64,000 bases of DNA from Paraspadella gotoi. Lineage: Eukaryota; Animalia; Chaetognatha. The translations under genes and the position numbers were made by a program. This document shows, in pieces, positions 32,180 through 47,900 of this stretch. The DNA is taken from positions 19,930,115 through 19,994,114 of the forward strand of contig CM119263.1 in assembly GCA_051294375.1 (NCBI GenBank). Direction: 5' to 3'. Every line of letters begins with the position of its first letter. The first letter of the stretch is position 1. The notes below the pieces were generated by a model that was given only the letters and a program-made list of their open reading frames with translations, had not been told where the DNA came from and did no database searches.

Positions 32180-33499
32180 TTCCAACATCCTATGCTGACC
32201 AAAGAACAACAAACACCTAGAGGTGCGACGATTTCAATTGAAATATGGAACTCTTAAGGGCTCAAGTTTCGTACCTTTTAAATTATTAATTTTTTTTTTT
32301 TTTTTTATTGAATTATAAGTTTTTCTTCTTTACTATCAGTAAGCTATAAGACTACATGTTGCTGACGTCGGAAAATTTCTTACAATTTGTAAGAATTTTA
32401 TATTTTTTCAGGAGTCGTTGTGGATTGGCATTAATCAAAACAAAGACAATGGTTGTTAACGGCTTCCCTTAATCTTCGACCGTCGCAGGCTGAATCTGCC
32501 TTTCATCAACGAATCGAGTTCTATTTATTTCCAAGGAGTTTTTCTTTTTTAATTTTATGCCAAAAAAAAAAAAAAAGCTGTGAAATTAGGTTTTTTTTTC
32601 GCTAATCCACGAACGGTTCCAATTAATAATGTTCACTTTCCTATTTTCTTGTAAGATCATGTCAACCTTTCAAACTTTTTTATGGTGATACTGTTAAGTA
32701 ACCAAAAGTATAAATTAATTTTTTCCTCGATACGAATAATTGAAATTATTCTTTGGATAGTTTCGCTTTCAAGTTTTACGACGAAGTATTAACGTTTTTT
32801 ATGAAAATATCATTCCTGGAGGCGATTAAGGAGGATATGCAAGGGAAAATAAACATCAATTTCAAAGTTTCTAGTTCAGTTATATAGCCCGTTTCAGCCC
32901 ATTGTTTTAAGCTATGGGCCAACTAGATTTTTGAGACCAAAAAAAATTATTTTATAAGCATTCTGTAATTTAATAGCTCGTTCCATTTTTTAGTTTTATT
33001 ATTCATTTTTTGAGAAGAATGAAAACGAATTTAAAAAAAAATGATTTAAAGAGAAGAACAAAGTTTCCTTGTTAACAAACAACGATTTTTATTTCAAGAA
33101 GAAACATGTTTGTACTCTTGTTTTGCGATCTTTCATCAGCTCATTGTGAAAAAGAAGCGCAAGGCATCTTTCCTAAAGGATTCTTGCTTGACCCAAATCT
33201 TACCAACTCGGCTCCACAATCCTGTCAGCCTATGACCAGAACCCATCGGTCATGCCTCTCAATTGTCAAACCGATTTTTGAGCTTTTTCTTTATCTTAAA
33301 TTTTCTCTTTTCTTCTCTATCCTAGATCTGTTTCACTTTTTCACCATTTCCATTTTCACCAATTTAGTTGAGATTAAATATAATTTTAAGTCTTTTAATT
33401 TATTATTGTTGTTCATTTTTCAAATGTAATGTTTTCCAAATAGTGTCTCCTTCTCCATTCCAACTTACCTTATTTGATTTCCCTTAAATATCCTTCAAT

Positions 33500-33630
33500 C
33501 TCTCCTGTCCTCACCTTCAGCTGTTCTGACCACTAACAACTGACCTTTCTCAATACTTTGTTGGAATCTCTTTTTTTTCACAAATCGCTGATAAAGACTT
33601 AAAAAGTCGAAACATGTTTGTTTTTTGTTA
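33500..33630 (+). mobile_element. Decayed relative of the 12700-12937 arm with a mutated hammerhead core
   Basis: CCTGTCCTCACCTTCA..CCTTTCTCAATACTTTGTTGGAATCTC matches the palindrome arm; CTGATAA-A-GACTT-aaa-AAGTC-GAAACATGTT. Confidence 0.7.
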
Positions 33631-34085
33631 CCAAAAACCTTTTTTTCTCTCTCTTAACCTACAAACGCAACTAAAAGAGTTAAATATGCTATGCTTTACT
33701 TTATTTTCTGTCACACTGGGTTTTTTCCCAATTTTCTGAACTTTCCTTCTAATCTCATTCTTTTGTTATTTTTTATATTTGGTTTCTAATTAATAAACAG
33801 AGCGATACCAAAAGCGAGAACGAAATTATACCTTTGTAGCTATAATTTAATTTTACCGCGAGAGCAATTTGCCATAGATTTATCCGAATCTAGCTAAATA
33901 AAAATTTATAGTGATATAATTCTCTTATATCTGTCGATAATAAAGCATGAAAAACGCTTGATTGCAGAGCAGAGCTCTGGCTCTGTGAAGAAAATGATTC
34001 GAGCTTCTAAGCGTAACGCAGAATGTGACGCTATCATGAAAACGAGCGAAAACATCTCTCGCTAGAGCAGAAAACTCTTGTCAAA

Positions 34086-37000
34086 ATGGAGGGTCCCAAC
34101 TCGTCCCTGCACATTCCTGAGATGGACAAGTATGGCCCGCCAATATTCAACGAACCCGTCAGGGAACGAATACAAGGAGACGTAAGTATTTCTATGCATC
34201 AATAATTTTTAATTAACCGGTCTCAGAAAAGTATTATAATTAAAGCCATAAGTGATAAGACTTATTTTTATTTTTCGGAAGAGCAGTTTCAAAATCTATG
34301 ATTAGTAAACCAGCCATTTTCATCATAATTTTTCTTGTCCGATGATAGCACTTCGTTTGCGCCCCAAAGATTATTTACTTAAACGTTAAATGGAATCGAG
34401 AATTTCCTTCATACTAGATAATGACATGCTGTTTTTTCGAACCGAGAATATTTTTTCTTTTTTTAGTTTTAAACAGTTGTATAGACGTTTATCCATTTTA
34501 CAAACGTTTTTCTTACTACCGAAAAACTTCATGAACATCAGCGGTTCATGCCAGTTACATCAATTTTACATCCAAAATGTTTTTTTATCTCGCTAGACGG
34601 GCGAATGCCCGACTTGGGCGAAATGTTAATTCGTTTCTGCTTCTTTTGACCGTTGTAGTCGTCATCGTCGTCACGCTGTTTTAACATTGAATGTAACTTA
34701 AGTGTGTAACCATAGGAAGCTAAAAATTTAGATATAGCTTCCTACACTCAATTGTTTGTTTTATTTACAAAACAATTTTTATATATATAGACGAGTTTAG
34801 CTCTTAAGCTCTCTCTTAATTATATGTCGCTCTTTTTTTCCGTTGCTGTTTCTTCTGATTCGTCTAAAATCGAGTTGAAGCTCTGCAGCGGCTGTCCAGC
34901 TTCTATCTTTTTTTTTCTTTCTCTCTCTCTCTCTCTCTCTCTTTTTCTTTCTCTCTCTCTTTTTCTTTCTCTCTCTCTTTTTCTTTCTCTCTCACTAATA
35001 CATACATTGAATGACTCATCGCATCAATAAATGACTATCATCGCATCAATGAATGACTTATCGCATCCATGAATGATAGAGCTCCCAGAAATACCATGCA
35101 TTTTATAAAGTTACTGATACCTGCAAAGTTTCTTGTGCCAAATTTAGTGGAGAACACGAATATAACAAGACAAAATTTCCCTGAATGCTCTTGATAGATT
35201 TTCCACGCCAGTTTTTGTTTCGTACCCATTCCGGTTTTAAAAAATCAGAATTTTTGGGAAAAAATGAGCTGTTATTCAGCCAGCATACTTAAATTCATCA
35301 AAATAAAGTTAGTAAAAACCTTATTACTAAATTTTTTGTTGTAGTTTATAAATAAGGTTCAAAAATTAGAATTACGAAAGATTTCAAATTAAAAAAATAT
35401 TAGTTTTTTTAAGCCAAATCGTCCCTGGCCAAATTATTCTACAAAATAAACCAAACAAATAAAAACAGAATTAAGACGTTAACGTGAAGGAAAACAAAGC
35501 TACGAGATCATTTCTATATTTTCATAGAAATAAGACAAAACTTTACTTTTTGTCAAAGTTAAACGTTTCAATTACTATTATTACTATTACATCAATCAAA
35601 CAAATAGTATTACGTCAATCGATTTTTATTATATCAATTATTCATTATGGCATCAATCTTTTTTTTTTTTTTTTTGATTTTTTCATTATATTTTTAAGAT
35701 TTTTTTTATGTGGTTTTTTCATCATTGCTACTGATGTGGCTCATAAATGAAACGGAAAAAAAATTATTTAGGCTTTTTTCTCTCCCTGGGGGTTTTATCA
35801 CTGGCCCCTGTATCTCATCTCAGTGGTTGAATATCAAAAATCCCCTTAAGTTTCATTTGTACAGCCAAAGTCTACCTTCATGCAGAATTTTTTTAAAATT
35901 TGATCAAGTCGTTGGTTCGGAACCGATTCTCGGCTCTAAAAAACGGCGTATTATTTTCTTATATGTAGACCAAATTTAATTAGCTTTAGTAAGACAGTTT
36001 TTGCAGTTAAGGTAGCTTTTATGTAGTACATTAATTTAACGTTTTCACGTTTCCTCGACACCATCGATATTCAGGACATGGGCTTTCCCATCAAGTCTTT
36101 GCATCCTTCCTTCGACGCCGCCCCAGCCGGTTGCCACATGGAGGAGCAGTCGATGCGACAATCCGCGCCTGAAGCGCAGAACGCTCTGTCACCCCAGGCA
36201 GCGCTTTCTCCGCAACCTCATGAGCAAGAAGATGTAAAGGACGTTCACGAGCAGGTTGCCGCAGCGGCTGCGGCGGCCGCGGCAGCCGCGAACGCTAATC
36301 AAGCTGTCGCCTCCGCCGTCAACCCAACCGAGGAAAACGCCAAGACGCATCCTGTAGAAATGCAGGAAGATGAGGAGCAGAAGATGATGGTCGACGGCGT
36401 CCTGTCCAAAGTAGGCGTTTTTTGGTGAGCGGTTCGAAAAACAAAATTGTAGTGATATCATTTACCTTAGGCAAGCTACCGTTGCCCTAATTGCCCCTAC
36501 ATTGGGGGAAGCCTTTCCGACGTGAAGAGGCACGGTTTGGTTCACTCTGGCGAGCGACCCTTTAAATGCCACCATTGCTGCGCTTTGTTCAAGCAGTCCA
36601 ATCACCTTAAGAATCATCTGCTGACCCATTCCGGAGAAAAGGTGGAACACTTGGACTTTATTTTTTCCAATGTCGTTTTTGTGGTCTATGGTAACCGCTC
36701 AGTTTACCGTCCGTCCTCCTCGACAGGCCTACAAATGCTCTCAATGTGGCAAAGGCGCCTCCACGCCCTCCAACCTCAAACGGCACATGTTGACTCATCG
36801 GGAGAAGTTGAAGTGCGTCCAGTGCACCTACACTACGCCTGATCCGGCGCATCTCAAGTCCCATCAGTTGACGCATGGCACTTTTAAGTGCGGCATTTGT
36901 CAGTTTTCCACCACTGAGGTAATGCCTCGAAATAATGAATTGATTAGTGATTGAAATGATTCGTCTCTACCAAAGCCTCGATCTATTTAGGCAACAATCC

Positions 37001-38127
37001 TCTCCAAGCACGTGACGAGTCACGAACGCGTGAGCGCTGGCAAGGAGGAGCACCTTTTCGGAATCCCCACGAACCTCGTCAGGGAACGAGAAGGGAACCA
37101 ATCCTTCAATTGTGATAAATGCTTATTCGTCTCGCAATCTGCGCAAGGTATTCTCATGCTGTACGAACGGTTTTTCTTATCGCGTTACGTTTCAATTTGT
37201 ATGTAACCAAAACAAAATATTTGCAGGTCTTAAAAGGCACGCAATGAGTCATAACACTGACAGAAAGTTTAAGTGCGAATACTGCGATTATTCTACAAAT
37301 AACTCGGCTCACCTCAAAAGTCACCAACTCGTTCATAGCGGCAATCAAATTATTCATCAGCTGATTCCTTCGGGTATTTTTCTATTCATAGAACTCCGGT
37401 GTTCTCTTCTTTTCTACGCCGAACCCGATTTTCATCTGGTCCAGGTGAAAAGCCGTTTAAATGTACTCACTGCGAGTACGCGGCCTCAAAACTCGTCAAC
37501 CTTCAGCGCCACATGAGATGTCACGCCAAAGAAACGTTGCCGTTTCGAACGAAACAAGAGGTGGTGGTTGAACCCGACGCCGAGGCGCCGCCCGAAGACC
37601 TCGATCCAGGCAAGAGTCTGAAGAAGTTCAGCTCGACAGATTGTTAGTTCATTTAATTCCTAATCGGTAATCCCATTTCCTTTTTCAACTTGTTAGCGAC
37701 CGGCGAGTTTCGTCCCCGCCGATTGGATGAAGAGTCTTTGGCCGATTCTTTATCGTCCCCGGCCTCGGGTCTCCAATCTGCCGGCGGACAATTGGCTCCC
37801 ATGGAGACGGCCATCGACGAAGTCGACGACGCTCGCCTACGTCTTCAGAACCATTCGCAGCAGCAACAGCAGCATCTGCCGAGAACCGTTCTCAGCGACC
37901 CACTCGAGGATGACGATGACGACGAGGAGGACGACGACGACGAGGAAGACGAAGAAGAAGGAGAGGAAGTGGAGAATAGAAACGTGGAAAGCGCCGAGGA
38001 AGGCATGAACGCTGCGCAACAACAGCACCAACACCAGCAGCAGCATGAGCTTCCGCATCTTCCAGAACTTAATACGCCTGCGCCACCTCCACAGCCTGAC
38101 TTGGAATCGCACGACTTAAATCAATGA
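34086..38127 (+). CDS. Multi-C2H2 zinc-finger transcription factor with acidic/Gln-rich C-terminus
   Basis: Repeated CxxC..HxxxH with SGERPF/SGEKPF linkers; inferred first exon MEGPNSS..GD|gtaagt splices in phase to 36075. Confidence 0.85.
34640..35080 (-). repeat. Dispersed repeat, inverted relative of 59040-60300
   Basis: Shares ATCATCGCATCAAT units, TC microsatellite and TAAAAATTTAGATAT block in reverse complement. Confidence 0.65.
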
Positions 38128-38909
38128 AAAAAACTGAGATTAAATCTTTAGTTATTTACCTTTTTTTCCCCAGCCTCTTTTGGACACTCCTACTTTGCAT
38201 CGTAGATTCGGATTTACCGTTAATTGACGTTTTATTGAACTAGTCATTGCAGTACATTGTATTTTTAGAAAAATCATGCTATCCAGTATCCTCTGAATGA
38301 TATTAATATTGAATTTGCTTCGCCTATTGGACTTTAATATTCCGTAAATTTGCCGTTTAGTCTGGCGGATAATTCCATTTCGCTTATCCATCTCGTTTTT
38401 TTTTTTTTTTTTTTTTGTCGTATATATCTGTACATAATTAAAATGTTATGTATGATACCTTAAAACTAAACTTAATAAGCTTAACGTTTTATCAATTTTT
38501 TGGAAGTAGTTTGAATTAATTCGGATTCCAGTATTCATATCCCTAGATTAATTATGTATAGATTATCACGTATTTAAATATTAGGAAAAAATGTATTTGT
38601 AATTTCAACAGTACTATTTAATCCTCACGCCGTCATCACATTCTAGTCTTGTGAACAAATTTAGTCTTCGCATGCTATAAGTCCTTTTATCCCAGTCATG
38701 TTACCTCTCCATTGTGCAATATTGTTTTGTTTTTATTGCCTTTTTTCTGCGTTTTGTTTTGGCCATTTATAAAAATCGCCGTGCATTTGTTTTGATTTTT
38801 TCGTTTAACGCATTTTGAAACGAAATTACAGTATTATTATTTAATTTTCACCATCTTTTACCGATTAGGAATTTAAAATAGTATTTCGTGTTAAAATTCA
38901 TTCGTCACC

Positions 38910-39963
<1,054 letters not shown>

Positions 39964-40285
39964 AATTCCGCCTTTCTCGGCCAAGTCCGCAATTTTGAAA
40001 GAAAAAACTCAAATGTGGAAGAAAACGTTGAATTCATCTTTGCGTTTGTTGTTCTTACCGGTCCACCATGGTGACGATTTGTTTCATTTGTATTTTCATT
40101 TATAAATTGCCCATAAGTGGTAAAAAATTAAAGAATCGGCGAAAGTTTCCAATTTCTTAAATTCAATTGTTCTGTTTCCGATAAAATTTTCGACAGATGT
40201 TCAGTGAACGCGTTTTTGGGGATAACCTCAATCGCAGTTTGAATCCTCATCGTTACTCGAATATATTTGCGCAATTAAATCAATA

Positions 40286-42684
40286 ATGACTGTCGTTTTA
40301 ATGAATTCCCTTCGGAGACTGACTCAATGCCCGTGTCGTTGCTCACCAACATTGGTCGATATATTCGCGGGAAAGTCAAATAATTCCGAGCGACGGCGAC
40401 CCCGGGTGTTGGCTCGCGTTTCCTCGAGTTACGTCAAAAGCGACATCACTAATCCAATCCTCCCTGACGTTTGGGAGTTCTCGACGGAGCCCTATGGCAA
40501 ACTCGTTTATAATGTCAGTAAGAACAGTTTGTTGCAATACCACTAAAAGCTGTCTCTCTCGGCTAAGCAGTAAGCGGAATATAGTAAATCAACTCATCCA
40601 AACCGTGCGTCGCGGGCTATATCTCTGCGTATCCTAAGTTTTGGCAAAATTTGACGGGACCGCTTGATACATGCCAGTGACAGACGGCGTTCACTAAGGG
40701 TCCGCAGCCGATACGCGCGATGGGTCAATCCCTCCGTTGCTATAAGTGCTACTTAAGCCAGCGAGCCCCACATATTTTAAGCCCTTAATTTCTGCCGTCA
40801 GGCTCCCTTTCACGTTCGCGTGCAACCTTTGGATCCGGTCAAGTTTCCACGGCAGGACCGAATTCAAGTCACGATGAAAAACGAGGAAGAGCACTTGACG
40901 CCGGATTGGATGAAGGCTGTTGAATGTCAGGTGAAGCCTATTCACTTCTTAATAACACTTCTGTCTTCTGTCCTTCAACTAACTACTTGTTCGATTTCTT
41001 TTAATTTTAAATTTTATGATAGATATAAAGAGGTTACTCTTACAACTTTTGAATATTCTGATGATAAATGTGTCAACAATTTAAAAAAAACCATAATCAT
41101 TATTGGATAAATTTTATAGTTTTTGATGTAATAATAACCTTTATGCTGTATAAGAATCCGATAAAAAAAATTAAAATTTAAAGCAAAAAATTGAAATAGC
41201 ATGTGCAGTTGTCACTATAAGATAATATGAAAACCATTATTATTTTTATGATCTTTAATGGTCACTTTACCAATATCTACGTATACGTATACGCTCAGTC
41301 CTGAATGACAAAGATTTCTTTTCGTGAAAAAATGTAATGCTAAGTAAGCGTAATCTCTCTTCGTCTCATCTTCTTCTCGTCGGCGCCAGGTAGACCTCGA
41401 CCCCCGCGATCGGGTCTTGCGCGTGACCGCAGATCTAACGGAATCGGGCTACTCTCTTTTCCCGTCGCCGGAGTCGCTTCCTGTCTCAATCGACGTTTTC
41501 GTTCCCGTCAAGTTCGACGCTGACGTGACGACGCGTCACCACGGCCGAGTGGCCATTGAGGGGCTCGAGTGCGACGCGGTGGACGTCCGCACCGAGGGCG
41601 GCCAGTCCAACTTAGGCAACCTAAAGGTTTCGAGAATGAGGATCGCCTCCTCCCGCGGGGACATAAACTGTCGGGGCAGCGTGTATGGGGATGTGTGTCT
41701 GACGACCGCCGGCGCCGGAGCCATTGACATGCATAAGCTACAGGTGGGTCGTCTTTCTGTCTTCGTTACTTTCCTGTTAAGAGCGAAGATGAACTTCCCC
41801 GTTGACCAGGGTTCTCTCTACGCGTCGACAGAGGCCGGTGCGTTGATGGTCAAAGCCGCATATGTTACCCGCAGCAGTATTTCCTCTTTCGGCGGCGGCA
41901 TCCGCGTCTCCACTCTCTCGGGACTGGACAATCAAGTCTTTTCGATCCACGGAGATATCATCCTGGATTCGGTCGACGGCTGTCTTGAGGCTTCTACAAT
42001 GGTCAGTATGGGCGAGGAAAATGTTGGAGGCGGATTTATGGGATTCAATATAATATAATGGGGAGACGCTGACCAAGTATTCTGACACATATTTATTACT
42101 TAATAACACGATACTCATTCACAGAAAGGCAAATATTAATAAATGATAATTTAATAATAATTAAACAATTATTATAAATGAAGAACAGTTCGTTTAAAGC
42201 GTTCGTCGCGAATAGTCCATCTCGAGATTCTCGATGTCCTCATCAATTCGTCTCCAACAAAAATTATCTGAAATTCCCGATTATCTGAATATGATAATTC
42301 CTACGTCTTCCTTAGACGGGCGACATGGACGTTACTTTTTCTCGCGTTCCCGACGCCGCCGACTCTTCCTCATCCATCGTCGCTCGTTTGACGTCGGAAT
42401 CGGGTGACGTCGTAGTTAAAGTGGAATCAGATGTCGACGCCTTTTTAGACGTTACCGCCGGTGGCGCTGTTGACGTGGACGAAAGACTTCGGAACGACGA
42501 AGCATCCGCCAATGCATCCTGCAACAACGACGAAGAATCCCTCCTCTCTTCGAACAAAGACTCGCGGACCAAGTTAAAAGTCGGGCGGAGACCATCCGAC
42601 GCCGTCGTGGAGATTCTCACCAAAAGGGGAAAGGTCGCCCTCGCCAGGAAAGACTGGTTCGCCGCTTCCAAGTTTGCTGCCTGA
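40286..42684 (+). CDS. FAM185A: FAM185A-like protein (DUF4097/adhesin-type beta repeats)
   Basis: WEFSTEPYGKL..LPFHVRVQPLDP..P..DRI, VPVKFDADV, GDINCRGSVYG, C-terminal DWFAA. Confidence 0.8.
40585..40700 (+). mobile_element. Diverged tRNA-derived SINE copy in FAM185A intron 1
   Basis: Aligns by eye to the reverse complement of 53235-53345 (TAAATCA.CTCAT, CCGTGCGTC, ACATGCCAGTGACAG). Confidence 0.7.
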
Positions 42685-43495
42685 CATTTTTCGAGATGAC
42701 ATTTTTGAAGCGATCTGACGCAGCATCTTGAAATTTAACAGTATTTTACAGTCCGTCCGCGATACGCTTTTTGCTTTTTTTGAGGAGGACAATATTTTTT
42801 TTTTTTTTTTTTTTTTTTTGTTTGAAGTTTAAATATCGAAAACTTTCATTGTTTTACGAATTGATATGATACGGTGTTTGCCTTGATCAACATGTCTTCA
42901 CGCTCTCTAATTCCAGGCACAATGAAACCAGTGGCTTTTAAAAGCGAATGCAATCCAATTAGAAGTTTGACATCAGATAAAGGTAGTCGTTGAAAAACAA
43001 CACACTCGTTGCTCAAAGCGGTTCCACCAATCCCCGCCCATTTCATTTTATTAGTGACTTTTATGAAAAACACATTTACTCATGTTTTTCAGGTTTTTTC
43101 TCTTTGAGCATCACAACTTTATTTTAAAATTTTTTTATTCGATTAATTCTGATTGTTTGTCGCTTTTTTTATATATTTAATTATGAAACAGTTGCTTCGT
43201 CTTTTTCTAACAATTTTCTCTGTTTTCTTGGCGTGCCTAACGATTTATGATTTTCTTTCTAATGTAGTTTTATTTTTTTTTTCATCCAGTTTTGCTATTT
43301 TACTTCATTTTTTGGATGAATTCATGATTTTATTTCGTCAGTTTTTTCTTCCGTGAGTAAAATAGGGAGAGCGAAATTTTTCTTTCTCTCTCCAACTTTT
43401 TCTACTTCGTCCTTTTTTCTTCTCTCCCGCTAAACAATTTTTATTTCGTCTTCGACGAAAAAATTTTATATAAAAAATTAAATTGAGAAATATTG

Positions 43496-44681
43496 ATGAA
43501 AATGGCGGCGATGGAAGTGACGCCTCAAGTCCAAGTCGAAAAAGGTAGCAATTTAATCGTCAACTATCTTCCCAATGACCTCTCCGATGAGGCCTTTCAC
43601 AACATGTTCAGCGAGATCGGACCCATTTACTCGGCCAAGGTGAGATTAGAAAGCAAGTATTTTCTTTCAAAAAGCCTCCGGGTTTTAATTTTCTATTTAA
43701 ATCTGACAGATCATGCGCAATAAGTTGACGGGTTACTCTTTCGGCTACGGTTTCGTCAATTATCTAAAAGCGACGGACGCCCAACGCGCCATCGCGGAAC
43801 TGAACGGTTTCGAGATCCAGAATAAGCGCCTGAAGGTTGCGCCTTGTCGGCGCAGCGACGGCGGCGATGACATTAAGAATGCCAACCTTTACATAGCCAA
43901 CCTGCCCAAGACCTTGACGGAAGAAGAGCTTAAGAGCATTTTCGAGACCTACGGAGAAGTAATCCGCTCCAAGATCCTGGTAGATCAATCGACGGGTGCG
44001 TCGAAAGGTTGCGGTTTCATTCTCTACGCCAAGACGAATCAGGCCGACGACGCCATTAAAGGTTTGGACGGGCAGATGATTGACGGGGCCACGAACCCTC
44101 TTACAGTCAAGCGAGCCAAGGAGGATCAAAAGCACAACCAACAGCTGGGCATTATGGGTAGCCCCCACCAGAGTGTCCACATTATTCACCACTATGCTCC
44201 TTTTCCTGGAGAACCGAACGGTACTTCGATGGCGCCGGGGCTCGCTGGCGCCCATCCTGGTGCCCCTACTGGTGGACCCATGCGCAACGTAATCACCAAA
44301 ACAGCGCGGTACAACCCCATGGCGGCGCCTCAACCGACACCATCCTACGGCTCCTATGGCGCTGGCTCTACGGCCGCCTCTGCGGCAGCTGCTCCGATGT
44401 CCATGAGCGGCGATTCCTCCGTCGGTCACACTATCTTCGTTTACAACATCGGTGCGGACGCGTCGGAGATCGATCTTTACACCCTGTTCGGTCCCTTCGG
44501 CGCTATCGTCAAGGTTCACATACAGCGAGATCTCCAGACGGGCGTCGGCAAGGGATTTGGTTTCGTCACCTTCGGCGACTTTAATGACGCCCAACTCGCA
44601 ATTCAAGCCATGAACGGTTATCCCTACGAAAAAAACAATTTTAAGCAGTTACAAGTCTCGTTGAAAACCAATAAAAAATAA
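43496..44681 (+). CDS. ELAV/Hu family RNA-binding protein, 3 RRMs, one intron
   Basis: NLIVNYLP, GYSFGYGFVNY, IKNANLYIANLP, RYNPM hinge, IFVYNIG, KGFGFVTF, LQVSLKTNK. Confidence 0.92.
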
Positions 44682-44928
44682 CTTTTCTCCCACTTTTTGT
44701 TAACTGGCCACATCTTCCCTGTAGCGATTGCCTAGTACGCCTGTAACGAGGAAATGTAATTTGTTAAGTGTGAAATTAGATAGACCTAACCTTTTTTAGC
44801 TTTTTTACAATGCCGTTTTGCCGCCGAGCATTGGTTGTAAAGAAGAATACGAATATTTACGATCTGTATTCTCTTTAAGAATTTTTTCTTCAAATTAGTA
44901 GTTATGACGTTAACTTTTCTTCGGTTCT

Positions 44929-47900
44929 ATGGCGAAATTCGAAGGCTTTCTACCCTCGTATGAAAAGGTGAGTAATCTGTTTGGTTAACCCACTCTTTTG
45001 CTGTTATTGATCTAGTTGATTCTAGTTATGTCCTTCGCCAGACGACGTATTACCTCGGACGAGGAATGAAGCTCTCTTGGGCCGTCGTCGTCGTAATCGT
45101 CGTCGCCATCGTGATTTCCAACTACATTCACGAGATCTCTTCCCTGGAGCTGGAAAACAACGATTGCGACATCTGCCAAGGCATGCCTTCCTCGCGAGTC
45201 AAGCAAGGAGAAGGTCATGCGTGCACCGTATTGGACGACAATTTCGTCGGTGAGGCGAGGGGAATGTCGGTGAAAATACATCTCTGCGTAAAATATCATT
45301 TTACTTTGATTCGTTTTTTGTCCTTCAGTCAAGCAAAACGGATCGAAGAGGACTTTGCTGGAAGTCTTTTGCCGTAAAGGGAGGCGACCCTTTTTGCATC
45401 AGTTTTACAGCACGGGTGAGAGAAACAGTAAAATCCCTCGTCACTCTTGATTGATCGATCGAGTAAATTATTTCTTTTTAGTCGGATCAGCATATCCCGA
45501 CTCTATAATTCACTTTGTCGGCCCGGCGGTCCGCCCCCTCAATATTGTCGGGCACACACTTATATCATGTCAAAACATCTAATTTTGATAAATTATGCAA
45601 AAAAAATAATGTCCGTCCGTCCGTCCGTCCGTCCCACCTTAGCAAAAAACACCAATTACTCGTGATTGGAAGGATGGATTGGAATGAAATTTTGTGTGCG
45701 GGCAGGGAAGTGTGTGATTGGATATGAAGTTTCGATGGAATCGTCCCAGTGGAAATGAGTTTAAATGGAAAAAACAAAAAAAATATATTTCACTATTTGA
45801 ACATGAGTGGATTGGGCGATTGACCTTGAATTTTGTATGTGGGTAGGAAAGTGTGTGATTAAGCTGGAAATCAAGTTTCGATGGAATCGAAATGAGTTTA
45901 AATGGAAAAAAACAAAAAACCTGTTTCACTAATTGATTATGCTTCTTTTTCCTTTTATATTAAATGTAAATACAGGATGTATTAATTAATAAAATAATTA
46001 ATCAATTAGTCAATTAATCAATAATTAATCAATCAGTCAATCAATCAATTCAATCGTTATCGGCATTATTCTCATCGTCGTCATTGCTTTTGTCGTGGTT
46101 AGTTACGAAAAGACATAAAAACAAACATTTGGGATCAAATTAATTAATTAATTGCCTAACTGACATTGTTTGCTCAAACTTGTTAATATTTAAATGTCTA
46201 CATGTCTAGGCAATCTCGACGTGCGGTGCGAGTCCGACGACTTCGAGGTTCTCTCCGGCGCCAACGCCTCCGAGGTGCAGCGCGAATTCGCCAAAATGTG
46301 GGGAATTAAGCTCATAAACTATCCGGCCTTTCTCAAGTCCAGGTCTGCGTGAGTCTCGATTTCGAAATCTTCCTCTCGTCTTTTTTTCTCCCCTTTATTA
46401 GCGGTAGCCGACCAAATTTAAATTTTAATGGAAACAGCATTAAACGAATAGATAATTGGTCTTAGTTATTGTGTTAAAATATTTTTTTGCAAAAATGTTC
46501 TGAACCATAAGCAATTCGTTAATTAAAATTATTATAAAGCTATATAATGTCAAGATTTTTTGGGATATTTTAAATTTTTTAAATTGAATCTGTTAGAGCT
46601 TAAAAAGTTAAGCAAAAATTATAATTACAACTTTGTAAAATTTTGATGTTTTAATACTGAAAATTAATAAATGATAATGATGAGAATGATTTTTTTAGGT
46701 TTTTGCCAATTTTGACCCACTTATCATTAAAATATTTGAAAAAAAATTATATTTTGTGTAGATGACTTTTTATAAGCTATCTGAATCTGCTTTTAACAAT
46801 AAAAAATTCAAAAATGTTTTGACATTTCCTATCTATAAATAAATATTTAAAAAAATAATTACTAGTGCTTCTAGCCATTTTAGAAAATTTTGGTCCATGG
46901 AAAGTTTTCTTAGAAATGTATGAAGTTTTATTTGGGAAGGTTCCCAAATCAAACTTTTGACCCACCCCATTGACAAAGTTTGGCCCTACCTTTATTCAGG
47001 CACCGACTCTCGCCTTTTAACGACACTTGCAAGGGCCTGGTACATCGCGATGTTTGTTGGGTTGCCTACTCTTATCATCCTCTGGACGTGCAGCTGGTCG
47101 CCATGTTCGTATTGGGCCTCTTTCTCTTCCTCTCCGCGGACAACTTGTCTAGGAATACAGCGCTGTTTTACTCTTCCGGCGTCGGTCAGTCCCAGCTCGA
47201 GAAATGGGGGGAGGGAAAAATGGTGAGAGGGTCAGTGGAACGCGAAATGGCCCACCTTTAGATTAAATATTTTCTGTTTCGGTCCGATTTAGGTATGGGC
47301 GTCTTCATGTCTCTCATTATCGTGATGTTGGTACTCACTCGGTTTATGTACAAGCGAAGTGGTTTCGTTCTTGGTGAGCAGTATTTTAAAACTCAAATTT
47401 CATTCGTGAGTTTTATTTTTCTTTATTTAATTACACGTTTTAGTTATGATGTTTGGCTGGTCTAGTCTCGTGTACTGCCTAACTCAGCTTTACAACAACC
47501 TTGCATCCATTTACGAAGCTTATCAGGTTTGGTTCCAGCGCTATAAGAATCTTGTCGTCATAGACATAGTGAATTGTATAGTTTGATTCGATTCGATTCT
47601 TCGACTCCAGACGTACATCGTCGCCTACACAACCGTTACGGCTTTCGGGTCCTTCGCCGTATGCTACAAATGCGGACCTCCTTCGTCTCCTCGTACGTTG
47701 GATTTGATTCGATGGACCGTCCAATTCGTCGGATGCCTGCTAATGTTTCAGTCCAGTCACTTGCCACCGTTTTACAGGTTAGCGCTCGCAATTAAATAGT
47801 AATCGATTCATTTTGATCTCAAAAGTTTTTTTTTCCCCATAATATTGGAGAGCTACTTTAAAGAAGAGCAAAGACTTAGAGACATCGTCGACGTAATCTG

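Noticed and set aside
40545-40780. Novel structured RNA in FAM185A intron 1
   Set aside because: Largely explained as a diverged copy of the SINE at 53195-53364
43764-44606. 280-aa antisense ORF over ELAV, and similar shadow ORFs (583-1179, 60863-61813)
   Set aside because: Antisense shadows of GC-rich coding sequence with no recognisable domains
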